A program made the translations under genes and the position numbers. The notes beneath the pieces are model-generated. The model ran no database searches. It was not told the DNA's origin and worked only from the letters and a program-made list of their open reading frames with translations. From Acidobacteriaceae bacterium (lineage in GTDB: Bacteria > Acidobacteriota > Terriglobia > Terriglobales > Acidobacteriaceae), in NCBI GenBank assembly GCA_003152695.1, contig PMAT01000031.1, forward strand, positions 2,886-66,885: a stretch of 64,000 bases of DNA, written 5' to 3'. Below are positions 46,699-55,418 of the stretch, in pieces. The stretch's first letter is position 1; each line of letters opens with the position of its first letter.

Positions 46699-46995
46699 TT
46701 GTGCAGGAGGAGAGGTACTACCATACCGAAGTTTGTCATCGAGCGAGACATTCCGGGAGCCGACAGCCTGTCACCGCAGCAACTGCATGCCATATCGCAG
46801 AAATCGTGTGGCATTCTGCGAGAGATGGGACCTCAGATTCAGTGGGTCCAGAGCTACGTCACCGACCACAATATCTACTGCATCTACATAGCCCCTGATG
46901 AAGAGGCGGTCCGCAAGCACGCCGACCAGGGCGGGTTTCCCGCCAACCGCGTCTCGCAAATTCGATCGGCGATTGATCCCACAACCGCGGAGTAG
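46699..46995 (+). CDS. DUF4242 (SCO4226-like) family protein
   Basis: PKFVIERDIPGA..LS...L..ISQKSC..L.E.GP.IQWV.SYVT....YC.Y.AP matches the family. The start is problematic (TTG 46699 or ATA 46723; see findings). Confidence 0.7.
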   Translation: MCRRRGTTIPKFVIERDIPGADSLSPQQLHAISQKSCGILREMGPQIQWVQSYVTDHNIYCIYIAPDEEAVRKHADQGGFPANRVSQIRSAIDPTTAE

Positions 46996-47318
46996 GCGCA
47001 CGTCCCCAGCTACTATCGTCCAGGTGCGCCATCCATTTGTGGTTTTGCTCGGATGGCATTTTGATTTCAAGCCACATTGTTGCGCACACTCTGCAAACCT
47101 CCTGGCGACTCGGCTGTCACTTCTTGGTGCGTTAGCGGTCACTGACAAACGCAATCGCTACGATGAGAATCTCTTCGTGACTCGGAGAGGGAGCCCAGGC
47201 TCCTGATCCACGGTCGTAGCGTACCTAGCAGCGGGCAGCAGACCTTCGCGCTTCTCTTTTCCCGCCGCCCGTCCCGTAACTTGACTCGATTCAGGCCAAA
47301 CGGCCAAGGAGAACAAAG

Positions 47319-47732
47319 ATGAAATTTGCAGTTGTTGCCTTAATCGTGCTTACTCTTGCAGTGCCGGCGTTCGCTAAGCACTACAAGAGCGCCTATCCTG
47401 TTGCTTGCAGCGAGCTATGGCCCGCGGTCAAGGACACCCTTAGCAATTCGGAGAACTATGACGTCACCGGGAGCGACGACGCCCAGATGAAGGCTGACTA
47501 CGATGCGAAGCACGCGGCCCACGTTAACGTCTCGGGGGCGTTGCTGCAGCGGAAAAATCATGTCGCGCTGATCCCACAGGGGACGGGATGTCAGATGGAC
47601 GTGGTGTCGAACTACAGCGGCTGGGAGCACAACGACCAGGGCGACTTCAAAAAGCGCGTGGATGAATCTCTAGCCAAACTGAAAGGCGCTAAACCTCCCG
47701 AGCCCGCTAAACCGGCGGATGCAAGCAAGTGA
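47319..47732 (+). CDS. secreted hypothetical protein
   Basis: ATG after AAGGAGAA. Signal peptide MKFAVVALIVLTLAVPAFA. No known domain. Confidence 0.6.
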   Translation: MKFAVVALIVLTLAVPAFAKHYKSAYPVACSELWPAVKDTLSNSENYDVTGSDDAQMKADYDAKHAAHVNVSGALLQRKNHVALIPQGTGCQMDVVSNYSGWEHNDQGDFKKRVDESLAKLKGAKPPEPAKPADASK

Positions 47733-48138
47733 TGTTGCCAGATGGTCCGATCGCGGGGACGCCATGCGGGAGTCGTGGACGGACCTGCTGCTGACTTCAG
47801 CCCGTTTGAATATCTGAGAAATGTCGAGCGACCGCCGCGACTGAATGCAAGCTTTGCAGGGGGCATCTGCACACGCGATTGCGCTATGGGAAAACATTGT
47901 CCGTATAGTTGCAATGTCTTGCGATGGTTACTTGTTGGTTAACGACCGCAGGCCTTTCTACTGCTAAGCACAAAGGCAATCCAAATTGGCCGAATAATTG
48001 CACAGTTTCGATTGGTATTGCTGTGCCAGTACTCCTGGTGCTTCGCGGAATCGAACTGCGACCGCGATCTCTGGGCTACGCTTGGTTTCCTTCGGAAGCC
48101 AGCCATAACATGAAGGTGCAAACCCCAAGGAGATAGCT

Positions 48139-48951
48139 ATGCGGCGGATTTATCTACTTCTGCTGGTTCTGGCGTTGGCGATTTGCGTCGCTCCCTCTGC
48201 GGCGTGGGCCGGACCCACCTTGTACGCGATCGATGACGCCACCAACTCGCTGTACAGCATCAATCCCAGTACTTTCGCCCTGACATTTGTGGGCAGCACA
48301 GGCGTCAGTGGTGACTTCGGAGACCTTGCCTACAATCCCGGTTCTGGTACTGCCTACTGGATTCCGGGCCGTGGCAATGACACCCTATACACGATGAACC
48401 TCAATACTGGTGGGGTTACCCAGGTGGGCATGCACGGTATCGACGACATGTTCTCATTGGCCTATGACCCAGTGACCCACACGCTGTATGGGGATGCCAC
48501 CAACGGGAACTTCTACAGCCTCAACACCAGCACCGGAGCTGCCACGTTAATCGGCAATAACGGTGTGTACCCCGGCGGCATGACCTACAACTCGACTACC
48601 GGTCAGCTTATTCTGACCATGGCAGGAGGTAGCGGCAGCTTCTACTCCATCAACCCAGCGACGGGCGCAGCCACTCTGCTGGGCAGCCCGGGCTACCTGA
48701 ATGACAACGGTGTGACCTGGGACCCCGATTTGGGCGTCTATTTCGTTGACGACTGGAACGGCAAGCTGTACGAGGTTAACCCCAGCAACTGGACATACTC
48801 CGTCGTCTCCAACCTTAACGGCGACCCGTTTGACGGAATCATCTACGTCAACGGCGGTGGCGGCACCACCCCGGAGCCTGGTTCGCTGATTCTGTTTGGA
48901 TCTGGCCTGCTCGGCGTCGCCGCAGTCGTTCGTCGCCGCCTGCACCTCTAA
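48139..48951 (+). CDS. PEP-CTERM sorting-domain protein with beta-propeller-like LY(S/T)(I/L)N repeats
   Basis: Signal peptide. At least 5 repeats of the type LYSINPSTG..T.(V/I)G. C-terminal TPEPGSLILFGSGLLGVAAVVRRRL is a PEP motif plus TM plus basic tail. Confidence 0.85.
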   Translation: MRRIYLLLLVLALAICVAPSAAWAGPTLYAIDDATNSLYSINPSTFALTFVGSTGVSGDFGDLAYNPGSGTAYWIPGRGNDTLYTMNLNTGGVTQVGMHGIDDMFSLAYDPVTHTLYGDATNGNFYSLNTSTGAATLIGNNGVYPGGMTYNSTTGQLILTMAGGSGSFYSINPATGAATLLGSPGYLNDNGVTWDPDLGVYFVDDWNGKLYEVNPSNWTYSVVSNLNGDPFDGIIYVNGGGGTTPEPGSLILFGSGLLGVAAVVRRRLHL

Positions 48952-48978
48952 AAGCCTGCGCAAACGCGCTGTTACGCC

Positions 48979-49006
48979 AAAGCCGCCCTGATGGGGCGGC
49001 TTTCTT
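48979..49006 (+). terminator. rho-independent terminator
   Basis: aaagccgccc-tgat-ggggcggcttt followed by cttg. Starts 28 nt after the PEP-CTERM stop. Confidence 0.7.
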
Positions 49007-49089
49007 GATCTACAGGAAGAATAACAATCCATTTCAGAGGGATGCCCTCGGGATCGTGCGAATGGAGGCGATGACACGCTGTGCGATGC

Positions 49090-49307
49090 GCGAAGGCTGG
49101 CTCATGACTTGTCAGCAGTAGGTACGTACGCCTATGTGAATCCAGTCGTCGCGGTGCTGGTGGGCTACTCTGGGGGGAGAGACGATCGGTGCACGCACCA
49201 TTTTCGGGACGCTGCTGGTGCTGGTCAGCGTAGTCGTGATCACCACCACTCCGGCTAGAAAGCAGGAGACGCCGTTGATCGTGGAAGAACTTGGCGAACC
49301 CAGCTAA
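49090..49307 (+). pseudogene. C-terminal remnant of an EamA/DMT-family transporter, frameshifted
   Basis: One frame reads ..SAVGTYAYVNPVVAVLVGYS. The +1 frame continues GGETIGARTIFGTLLVLVSVVVITTTPARKQE..*. The shift is at a G6 run near 49171-49176. No N-terminal 200+ aa are present. Confidence 0.6.
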
Positions 49308-49367
49308 GGTTGGTCCTTGCTGAGAGCTGGGTTCTCGCTGCAGCTCTCGCGCGCCACCATCCTCAAG

Positions 49368-50891
49368 TCAATACGCGTAGTACGGCCCGGGGCCCCCAGG
49401 GGTATCCATGTTCTCGATTGCGGTAAACATGTTGCGCCCGAAAAAAAACGTCAATCCCCAATCGAACGAGTCTGGAATTGGTCCTGCCAGAGTGCTAAAG
49501 GCTGTATTACCGCCGCTAAACAGCGTGATCGCATCTTCAACAGCGAAATTGACCGTACCGTGATTTCCATTGACGCCCTGGTTCACCGCCGAGAGGTTAT
49601 CCGGGGATCTGGTAGGGCAATACCAGGAGTCGTCCGGCGGGGCGCACAGCGGAATGCCGGTGGTTCCTGTGTCGAGGAAAAAGATCCCGTTGGAACCGCT
49701 GTCGATGAAGCTTGCCGGATAGCTTGTCCCACTAAACGTGGTCGTGATGTCACCGGCGTTTGTCCCGCTGTCCGGCACAGTGTACACGGTGACGCTTCCC
49801 AGACCATTGTTAGCTTGGGTACCGATGCCAAAGATCAGACTGCCATTGGGATTCAGCGAACCTCCGTTAGGCACGGCGGGCAATGTAATCAGCACGCCGT
49901 TGTTGTCGGTGGCGAATAAAGTGACCGGGTTCGTCACCTCTTGTGCGAGCGTGACATACGTAGGGCTGCAACCGATAGACCGGCAAACGTAATAAACCGC
50001 TGGAATGGTCCTATTGGCTGTGGTACAGGCAGGACCGCAGTCCTGTTGAAACAGTCCAACACCGAGAATGCCGTTGGCGCCCAGAGCTTGCACGCTGTCG
50101 CCCATGTTCGGCTGAGTGGTTTGGCTGGAACAGCTAGTCGGCACCGGCGGAGAACTGGTGGAGGGGATGATTACTTGCACCGGCGCCGCTGACGCCACTT
50201 CGCCCGCCACTGTAATGTCGGCTTGAGCTACGTTTCCCCATGTATAGCCGCCCCCAAACAGCGCGCACTCCAGCAGCGGATTCCCGCTGGAGTCTGGTTC
50301 ATTCGGGAGCGCGATGCCCAACTGGCCGCCACTTGCGGACGACAAAAGGCGCAGTCCGGAGGATCCTGTATCCACCAGCACGTGGTCAATGTTTTGGCAG
50401 GTGCTGGTACCCGGAACACAAACCGTAACGGTAACGAACGCTACATTCGCAGTGATGAAGGTCTGGGGCGCCGGCCCCGCGTCCACCACAATGGGCGCCA
50501 CGTTGCTGGTCGTCGAATTACCCACGGTGACGGTGAATGTCCCCGACTGGGTCGGGTCCCATTGTGAGGTGGCAGTGATGGTCACCGATGTCGGCAATGA
50601 TGGCGCAGTAAACAAACCTGCAGTGGAAATCTGCCCCGCGCTGGCGCTCCAGGAAACTGCCGGATTGAAGCTGCCCTGGCCCGTCACCGTTGCCGTACAC
50701 TGACTGGTTTGATTGGGTTGGATGGTTGATGGCGAGCATACTGCCGTCACACCCGTGACCTCCGGTTTCGGTTTATGACCGGGAAAGCGGTATTCGGAAC
50801 CGCCGCAGCCAACCATACACACTGCCAAGAGTGGTGCGACCCACCACACAAATTTCTGAACTGCAAGGAACCAACCGGAGCGGCCAGTCAT
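49368..50891 (-). CDS. DUF3443-like lipoprotein: Ig-like (Big_2-like) domain plus pepsin-like bilobal domain
   Basis: Lipobox AVCMVGC. Ig-like CSPSTIQPNQTSQCTATVTG...TVTV. Then LVDTGSSGLRL (D174), ANGILGVGL, and FIDSGSNGIFFLDTGTTG (D397). The DUF3443 name is from memory. Confidence 0.7.
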   Translation of the reverse strand: MTGRSGWFLAVQKFVWWVAPLLAVCMVGCGGSEYRFPGHKPKPEVTGVTAVCSPSTIQPNQTSQCTATVTGQGSFNPAVSWSASAGQISTAGLFTAPSLPTSVTITATSQWDPTQSGTFTVTVGNSTTSNVAPIVVDAGPAPQTFITANVAFVTVTVCVPGTSTCQNIDHVLVDTGSSGLRLLSSASGGQLGIALPNEPDSSGNPLLECALFGGGYTWGNVAQADITVAGEVASAAPVQVIIPSTSSPPVPTSCSSQTTQPNMGDSVQALGANGILGVGLFQQDCGPACTTANRTIPAVYYVCRSIGCSPTYVTLAQEVTNPVTLFATDNNGVLITLPAVPNGGSLNPNGSLIFGIGTQANNGLGSVTVYTVPDSGTNAGDITTTFSGTSYPASFIDSGSNGIFFLDTGTTGIPLCAPPDDSWYCPTRSPDNLSAVNQGVNGNHGTVNFAVEDAITLFSGGNTAFSTLAGPIPDSFDWGLTFFFGRNMFTAIENMDTPGGPGPYYAY

Positions 50892-50977
50892 TCGATGTCT
50901 TCCTTTCTAGAGTTGCTCGCGACCCGGGACCATCGCAATCGTCGCTTGCCCTGCAACCTTGGCGCGGCGTCGCCTCC

Positions 50978-51472
50978 TCAATGGATTTCGCTGACCTGAA
51001 CACCTTGTGGCACGAGTTGAGGAATGTAGGCCTGTCCGTGGAAACTTCGCATGTGCCCAGTCTCGTGCATCACCAGACCGGAGGTCTCGATCACGACCGG
51101 AGCGCCCCTGCGGTGCGGTTGCTGCTGCGGCGTTGCCGCTTGCTCCGCCCGCTGCGCCTGCTGATAGTAGGGACCGAGGAGCTGCTGCAGATCAGGCGGA
51201 AATTGTCCTTCCCAGGCGACGCCGAACACTACTCCCGCCGGCGACACGAATTCCCGTACCACGGTCCCGGTGGCCGAGGTGATCTCGTGCATCACGTAGG
51301 TGCGATTGTCCACGCTGCGCAAAGTTCCCTTCATGCGGGCCTGGTCGGTCAGCACCGACGCGGCGTTGTCGCCCAGCACTGCCATGGCGGGGAGTGGCAG
51401 CGCCAAAAGCAAAGCGGAAAGCAAAACTCGGGTGACCTTGCCATGGTTGCCAACCAACCTGAAGATGTTCAT
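50978..51472 (-). CDS. DUF2844-like secreted protein
   Basis: Signal peptide LLSALLLALPLPAMA. Y.MHEI....G..VREFVSP.G.VFGV.WEG...PDL.QLLG.YY resembles DUF2844 (from memory). Confidence 0.6.
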   Translation of the reverse strand: MNIFRLVGNHGKVTRVLLSALLLALPLPAMAVLGDNAASVLTDQARMKGTLRSVDNRTYVMHEITSATGTVVREFVSPAGVVFGVAWEGQFPPDLQQLLGPYYQQAQRAEQAATPQQQPHRRGAPVVIETSGLVMHETGHMRSFHGQAYIPQLVPQGVQVSEIH

Positions 51473-52117
51473 GCGCTGTCCCCTTCATCCAGTCTCAATT
51501 GCGCTGCCGAACATTCGCCCGTCGGGAGTTCGCAAGCGGCCAATATTGCTGGCGTGCCGAGTTTACGGCGTGATCTCCCAGACAACAAGCTTCTTTTTTG
51601 TGCCGCCGGCTGACGCTGTGCCGTAGAGATTACCCGTGGCATGGAATGTCACGTTACAGTGTGAATTTCCTCGGTACGGCCAAAGATAAAGACCGCCGGT
51701 CGCGAACTCAGTGTTTCTCACCTCCTAGTGGCACGGCGATGACCTGCATCACGACCGATTGTGACTGGGCGGATGGCCTGCTCTTTCCATGCGAGCCCTA
51801 ATGTGGCGTGCCCCATCCTTCTTGCCCGTCTTGGCGAGAGGGTGGGCACACAGCCTGGGTGCCTCCAAGCTGGTTTTGCCTGGTGAGGATTTGGGTTTCG
51901 TGTCACGGTGTGCCCGCCACGGCGGGCGTGAATACAGTAAACCGTGGCGTACTCGCGGAATTTGTTTCTATGGTCCATGAAAGCAACGGGCCTATCCCAC
52001 CCAACCGCAAAACCCTAAGTGGGATACCTTCGGAGTGCTGGGCTGGACCACCCTTTCTGACTGAAGTTTGCTCTTGATCTGCTCCCCACGCTGGTGTAAC
52101 ACTTTCGCACCGGGTAA

Positions 52118-54001
52118 ATGATGAATCCAGCCAGCAAAGAAGAATACGAAGACGCGGTTCAGGCTCCCCAACAAACGATGGCCGACCTTGGCCAATCGAG
52201 CAGCAGTAGCAGTTCATCGGGCAGTAGCGGTAGCAGTTCATCGAGCAGTTCAGGCGATTCCGAAGCAGAAAGCATCGATGCCAATAAAGCTGCGGCAGAG
52301 ACCATCGCCGACCATGTGCTGGGGGACCAGCCAGCAGGAACCGAAAAGGATGACAAGCTTGGTTTTGCGCCATATGTCCGCGCCGTCGCGGGGTTCCTGA
52401 CGGACTCATCGACCAAGACTCCCTTGACACTCTCGATCGAAGGCCTGTGGGGTTCAGGCAAATCGTCGTTCATGCTGCAATTGGAGGAGGCACTGAAGGA
52501 CCCTCGACTGAAGGACCGTCGCAAGACCAAAGTCGTCAGGTTTAATGCATGGCAGTACGACAGCGAGGAAGGCCTATGGGCCGCGTTCATCAATGAATTC
52601 GGCGCGAAGCTAAACAAGACACTGAAATGGGACGAGAAGATTCGCGCGCGTGGCCGGCTCATAGCGCTGCGCCTTTCCTGGCAAGACTGGATCGAGACCG
52701 CCAAGGCGGTGGTGTGGCTCGTCGTCAGCCTTCTCGCCTTGGGCGCGATTGTTTCATACCTGCTGCACGGCGGCATCGCCACGTTCAACAGTTTTCTTAC
52801 GGGAGGCGAGGCTGGCAAGTCCGCGACCAAGACGCTGGCGGTAATTGGCGGCACTGGCGGTACTGTTGCCGTCCTGCTGTTGTTCTTCAATCAACTCAAG
52901 GACCTGTTCAAGAGCCCAGCGTCCCTCGACAAGACAGTCCGTCTGTTTGCCAGACCGAACTATAGCGACCGGCTTCCCTTCATCCAGCAAGTTACCAGGG
53001 ATTTTGCAAGCCTGGTGACTGCCTATGCCGGGGAGGATGACGTTTACGTCTTCGTCGACGATCTCGACCGCTGCGAATATTCCCGGGCCGCGGAACTGAT
53101 GCAGGCACTGCTCATGCTGCTGAGCAGTTCGCCCAAGATCGCACTTATCGTCGGGCTTGACCGCGACAAGGTGGCAGCGGCGATGGCCACCCGGCAGGAG
53201 AAGTTACTGCCCTATCTATATAAAGTTCAGCCGGCAGAAGCGTACAAGCGAGGTATGGAATACGGCCAACGTTTCATCGAGAAATTCATCCAATTGTCCT
53301 ACATCCTGCCAACGCCGAGGTCGGATAGCCTGAAGGCGATGGTCAATCCCGATGTCGAGGCTCCAAACACGTCTGTGCCGGAAAGCGAGAAGTCTGCGAG
53401 GGCCATCGAGATTGTCACCGGCAAGAACGATTCTGAAACCCTAAACATAATGATCGATATGGCCCACTTGGTGTTCGATCATAATCCGCGGAACGTCAAA
53501 CAGTTCGTTAACATGTTCCGGCTGCAGGCGTTCATCGCAAACGAAACAGGTTTGTTTGGAAGCCTCCGTGTAACAGGCAAAACTGGCAGGCCTCTCACCA
53601 TTCAGCAGTTGGGCAAGTTCGTCGCTCTGTGCATGCGCTGGCCAGACTTTGTTGACGCGGCATCAGCCAATCCGGGTCTGGCTGGCGATTTGGAGAAATG
53701 GCTCGAGCCCCGCGCCGGAGGTGAAGGTCCCCCTAGCGATGAGGTAAACCTCTGGCTCGGGAATGAGAGGCTCAGGCTTCTCTTAAAGTTCGGAATGCCC
53801 AGCCCAGACTTTTCGCTTGCGGAAGTGAATTTCAAGGTGCTGACCGAAATCACGCCAGCTCGCGCTAAGAGCAGCTCCGAAGGGCGAGCTCCGGCATCCA
53901 CAGCGAGCGATTCTTCGTCCGAACATCCGCGAACGGAGTCGTCCGAAGAGGTCCATTTTCGTGATGACCGCCCCTTCAAAGCCGAGGCCGCGATGAGCTA
54001 G
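52118..54001 (+). CDS. KAP-family P-loop NTPase with two TM helices inserted in the NTPase domain
   Basis: DKLGFAPYVRAVAGFL, Walker A GLWGSGKSS, NAWQYD, two hydrophobic helices (VVWLVVSLLALGAIVSYLL and LAVIGGTGGTVAVLLLFF), Walker B VFVDDLDRC, and NPRNVKQFVNMFRL. N-terminal poly-Ser tract. Confidence 0.88.
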   Translation: MMNPASKEEYEDAVQAPQQTMADLGQSSSSSSSSGSSGSSSSSSSGDSEAESIDANKAAAETIADHVLGDQPAGTEKDDKLGFAPYVRAVAGFLTDSSTKTPLTLSIEGLWGSGKSSFMLQLEEALKDPRLKDRRKTKVVRFNAWQYDSEEGLWAAFINEFGAKLNKTLKWDEKIRARGRLIALRLSWQDWIETAKAVVWLVVSLLALGAIVSYLLHGGIATFNSFLTGGEAGKSATKTLAVIGGTGGTVAVLLLFFNQLKDLFKSPASLDKTVRLFARPNYSDRLPFIQQVTRDFASLVTAYAGEDDVYVFVDDLDRCEYSRAAELMQALLMLLSSSPKIALIVGLDRDKVAAAMATRQEKLLPYLYKVQPAEAYKRGMEYGQRFIEKFIQLSYILPTPRSDSLKAMVNPDVEAPNTSVPESEKSARAIEIVTGKNDSETLNIMIDMAHLVFDHNPRNVKQFVNMFRLQAFIANETGLFGSLRVTGKTGRPLTIQQLGKFVALCMRWPDFVDAASANPGLAGDLEKWLEPRAGGEGPPSDEVNLWLGNERLRLLLKFGMPSPDFSLAEVNFKVLTEITPARAKSSSEGRAPASTASDSSSEHPRTESSEEVHFRDDRPFKAEAAMS

Positions 54002-54033
54002 GAGATTGATGGATTACCCGTCATACACGTCAG

Positions 54034-54630
54034 TTGAGTTTCCGCTACGCTTTCTCTACCATCCAGAGTTCTTCATCCCTCATCAGGCGGAATGCGGTGG
54101 ACAAACTTAGGGTGCTGATCGGGCGGGAACGCATCGCGGCGAAGGTGGCCGAGATGGGGCAGCGCATCAGCCAGGATTTTGCCGGTGAGCCGATCGTGCT
54201 GATCGGAGTGCTGAAGGGCGCCACCGTTTTTCTCGCCGACCTGGCGCGGCAGATCACGCTCGACGTCAGCTTCGATTTCATCGCGGTGTCAAGCTATGGA
54301 AACGCCAGGCAGCACAGTGGCGAGGTCAAGCTGGTTAAAGATGTGGAGCGCTCGATGGCGGGCAGGAACATCATCCTGGTGGAAGATATTCTGGACACCG
54401 GTTTGACCCTGACGTTCATCCAAAGCATGTTGCGCGCCCACCAGCCGAAGTCGCTGAAGATTGCGGCGCTGTTGGACAAAGTGTCGCGGCGCACCGAGCC
54501 CATCCGCGGGGATTACGTGGGTTTTGAGATTCCCGACGAGTTTGTGGTGGGATACGGGCTTGACTTTGCCGAGCACTATCGTAACCTGCCGGATATTTGT
54601 GTGCTGGAGTCCGGCCCCGAATCGGAATAG
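54034..54630 (+). CDS. hpt: hypoxanthine phosphoribosyltransferase
   Basis: VLIGVLKGA..F.ADL.R, the PRPP loop IILVEDILDTGLTL, and VGYGLD.AE.YRNLP.I. Confidence 0.9.
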   Translation: MSFRYAFSTIQSSSSLIRRNAVDKLRVLIGRERIAAKVAEMGQRISQDFAGEPIVLIGVLKGATVFLADLARQITLDVSFDFIAVSSYGNARQHSGEVKLVKDVERSMAGRNIILVEDILDTGLTLTFIQSMLRAHQPKSLKIAALLDKVSRRTEPIRGDYVGFEIPDEFVVGYGLDFAEHYRNLPDICVLESGPESE

Positions 54631-54644
54631 AATCTGTCGTGCTC

Positions 54645-55388
54645 ATGTCTGCGAACCTTTCTGTCGTAAACGGCGCGCCGGCCATTCTCGTGAGCGACTG
54701 GCGCAGCGCGGCCAGCCTCATCGATCACACTCTGCTTAAGCCCGATGCCACGCGCGACCAAGTGGTCGCGTTGTGCGACGAGGCAGTCCAGTACCGTTTT
54801 CATGTGGTCATGGTGAATCCGGCGAACGTGGCCCTGGCTGCGGCTCGACTGTGCGGCTCGTCCGTGAAGGTGGGCACGGTGGTTGGCTTTCCTCTCGGCG
54901 CAAATCTTACCGTGACCAAACTGGCGGAGGCGGAAGCCGCTCTGCGCAATGGCGCGCATGAGTTGGACATGGTGCTCAACGTCGGGGCGCTGAAGTCGGG
55001 CGACCGAATGCTGGTGCAGCAGGAAATGCGGAGTATGGCGCGACTGGCGCACGATCGCGGAGCCATCCTGAAGGTGATTCTGGAGACATGTCTGCTGAAC
55101 CAGATCGAGAAGATCCTGGTTTGCTCGCTGGCCCTGGAAGAGGGCGTGGATTTTGTGAAGACGTCCACCGGCTTCGGGGAGGCGGGCGCGACGGCCGCTG
55201 ACGTGGTGTTGATGCGCGGCGTGGTAGGACACAAAGCCGGCGTGAAGGCGGCGGGCGGCATTCGGACCGCGGCCCAGTTGATGGACATGTTTGATGCCGG
55301 CGCCAACCGCATCGGCAGCAGCGCCAGTGTCGAGATTGTGCGCGAGTTGGGTGCGCCTGCCGGCGAGCGATCCAATGCAAACGATTAA
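54645..55388 (+). CDS. deoC: deoxyribose-phosphate aldolase
   Basis: IDHTLLKPDAT, VGFPLG, ELDMV.N, KVILET, FVKTSTGF and VKAAGGIR motifs. Start set to ATG 54645. Confidence 0.9.
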   Translation: MSANLSVVNGAPAILVSDWRSAASLIDHTLLKPDATRDQVVALCDEAVQYRFHVVMVNPANVALAAARLCGSSVKVGTVVGFPLGANLTVTKLAEAEAALRNGAHELDMVLNVGALKSGDRMLVQQEMRSMARLAHDRGAILKVILETCLLNQIEKILVCSLALEEGVDFVKTSTGFGEAGATAADVVLMRGVVGHKAGVKAAGGIRTAAQLMDMFDAGANRIGSSASVEIVRELGAPAGERSNAND

Positions 55389-55418
55389 GCTTGGTTGGCG
55401 ACGCACGCGGGAGCTGGC

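Noticed and set aside
48036-48066. tRNA 3'-half-like sequence (minus strand ...GGTCGCAGTTCGATTCCGCGAAGCACCA), a possible att-site remnant at the edge of the accessory patch
   Set aside because: The T-loop GTTCGATTC and a terminal CCA are present. However, the T-stem has a mismatch, the register between T-arm and CCA is wrong, and no matching 5' acceptor strand or anticodon arm can be folded. I cannot support a tRNA or a duplicated tRNA end without a genome-wide comparison to real tRNAs.
51729-51748. TGGCACggcgatgaccTGCA as a sigma-54 promoter for the KAP gene
   Set aside because: The GC of the -12 element is 4 nt too far from the -24 GG. Other TGGCAC occurrences (22381, 29168, 42322) are inside genes and also mis-spaced.
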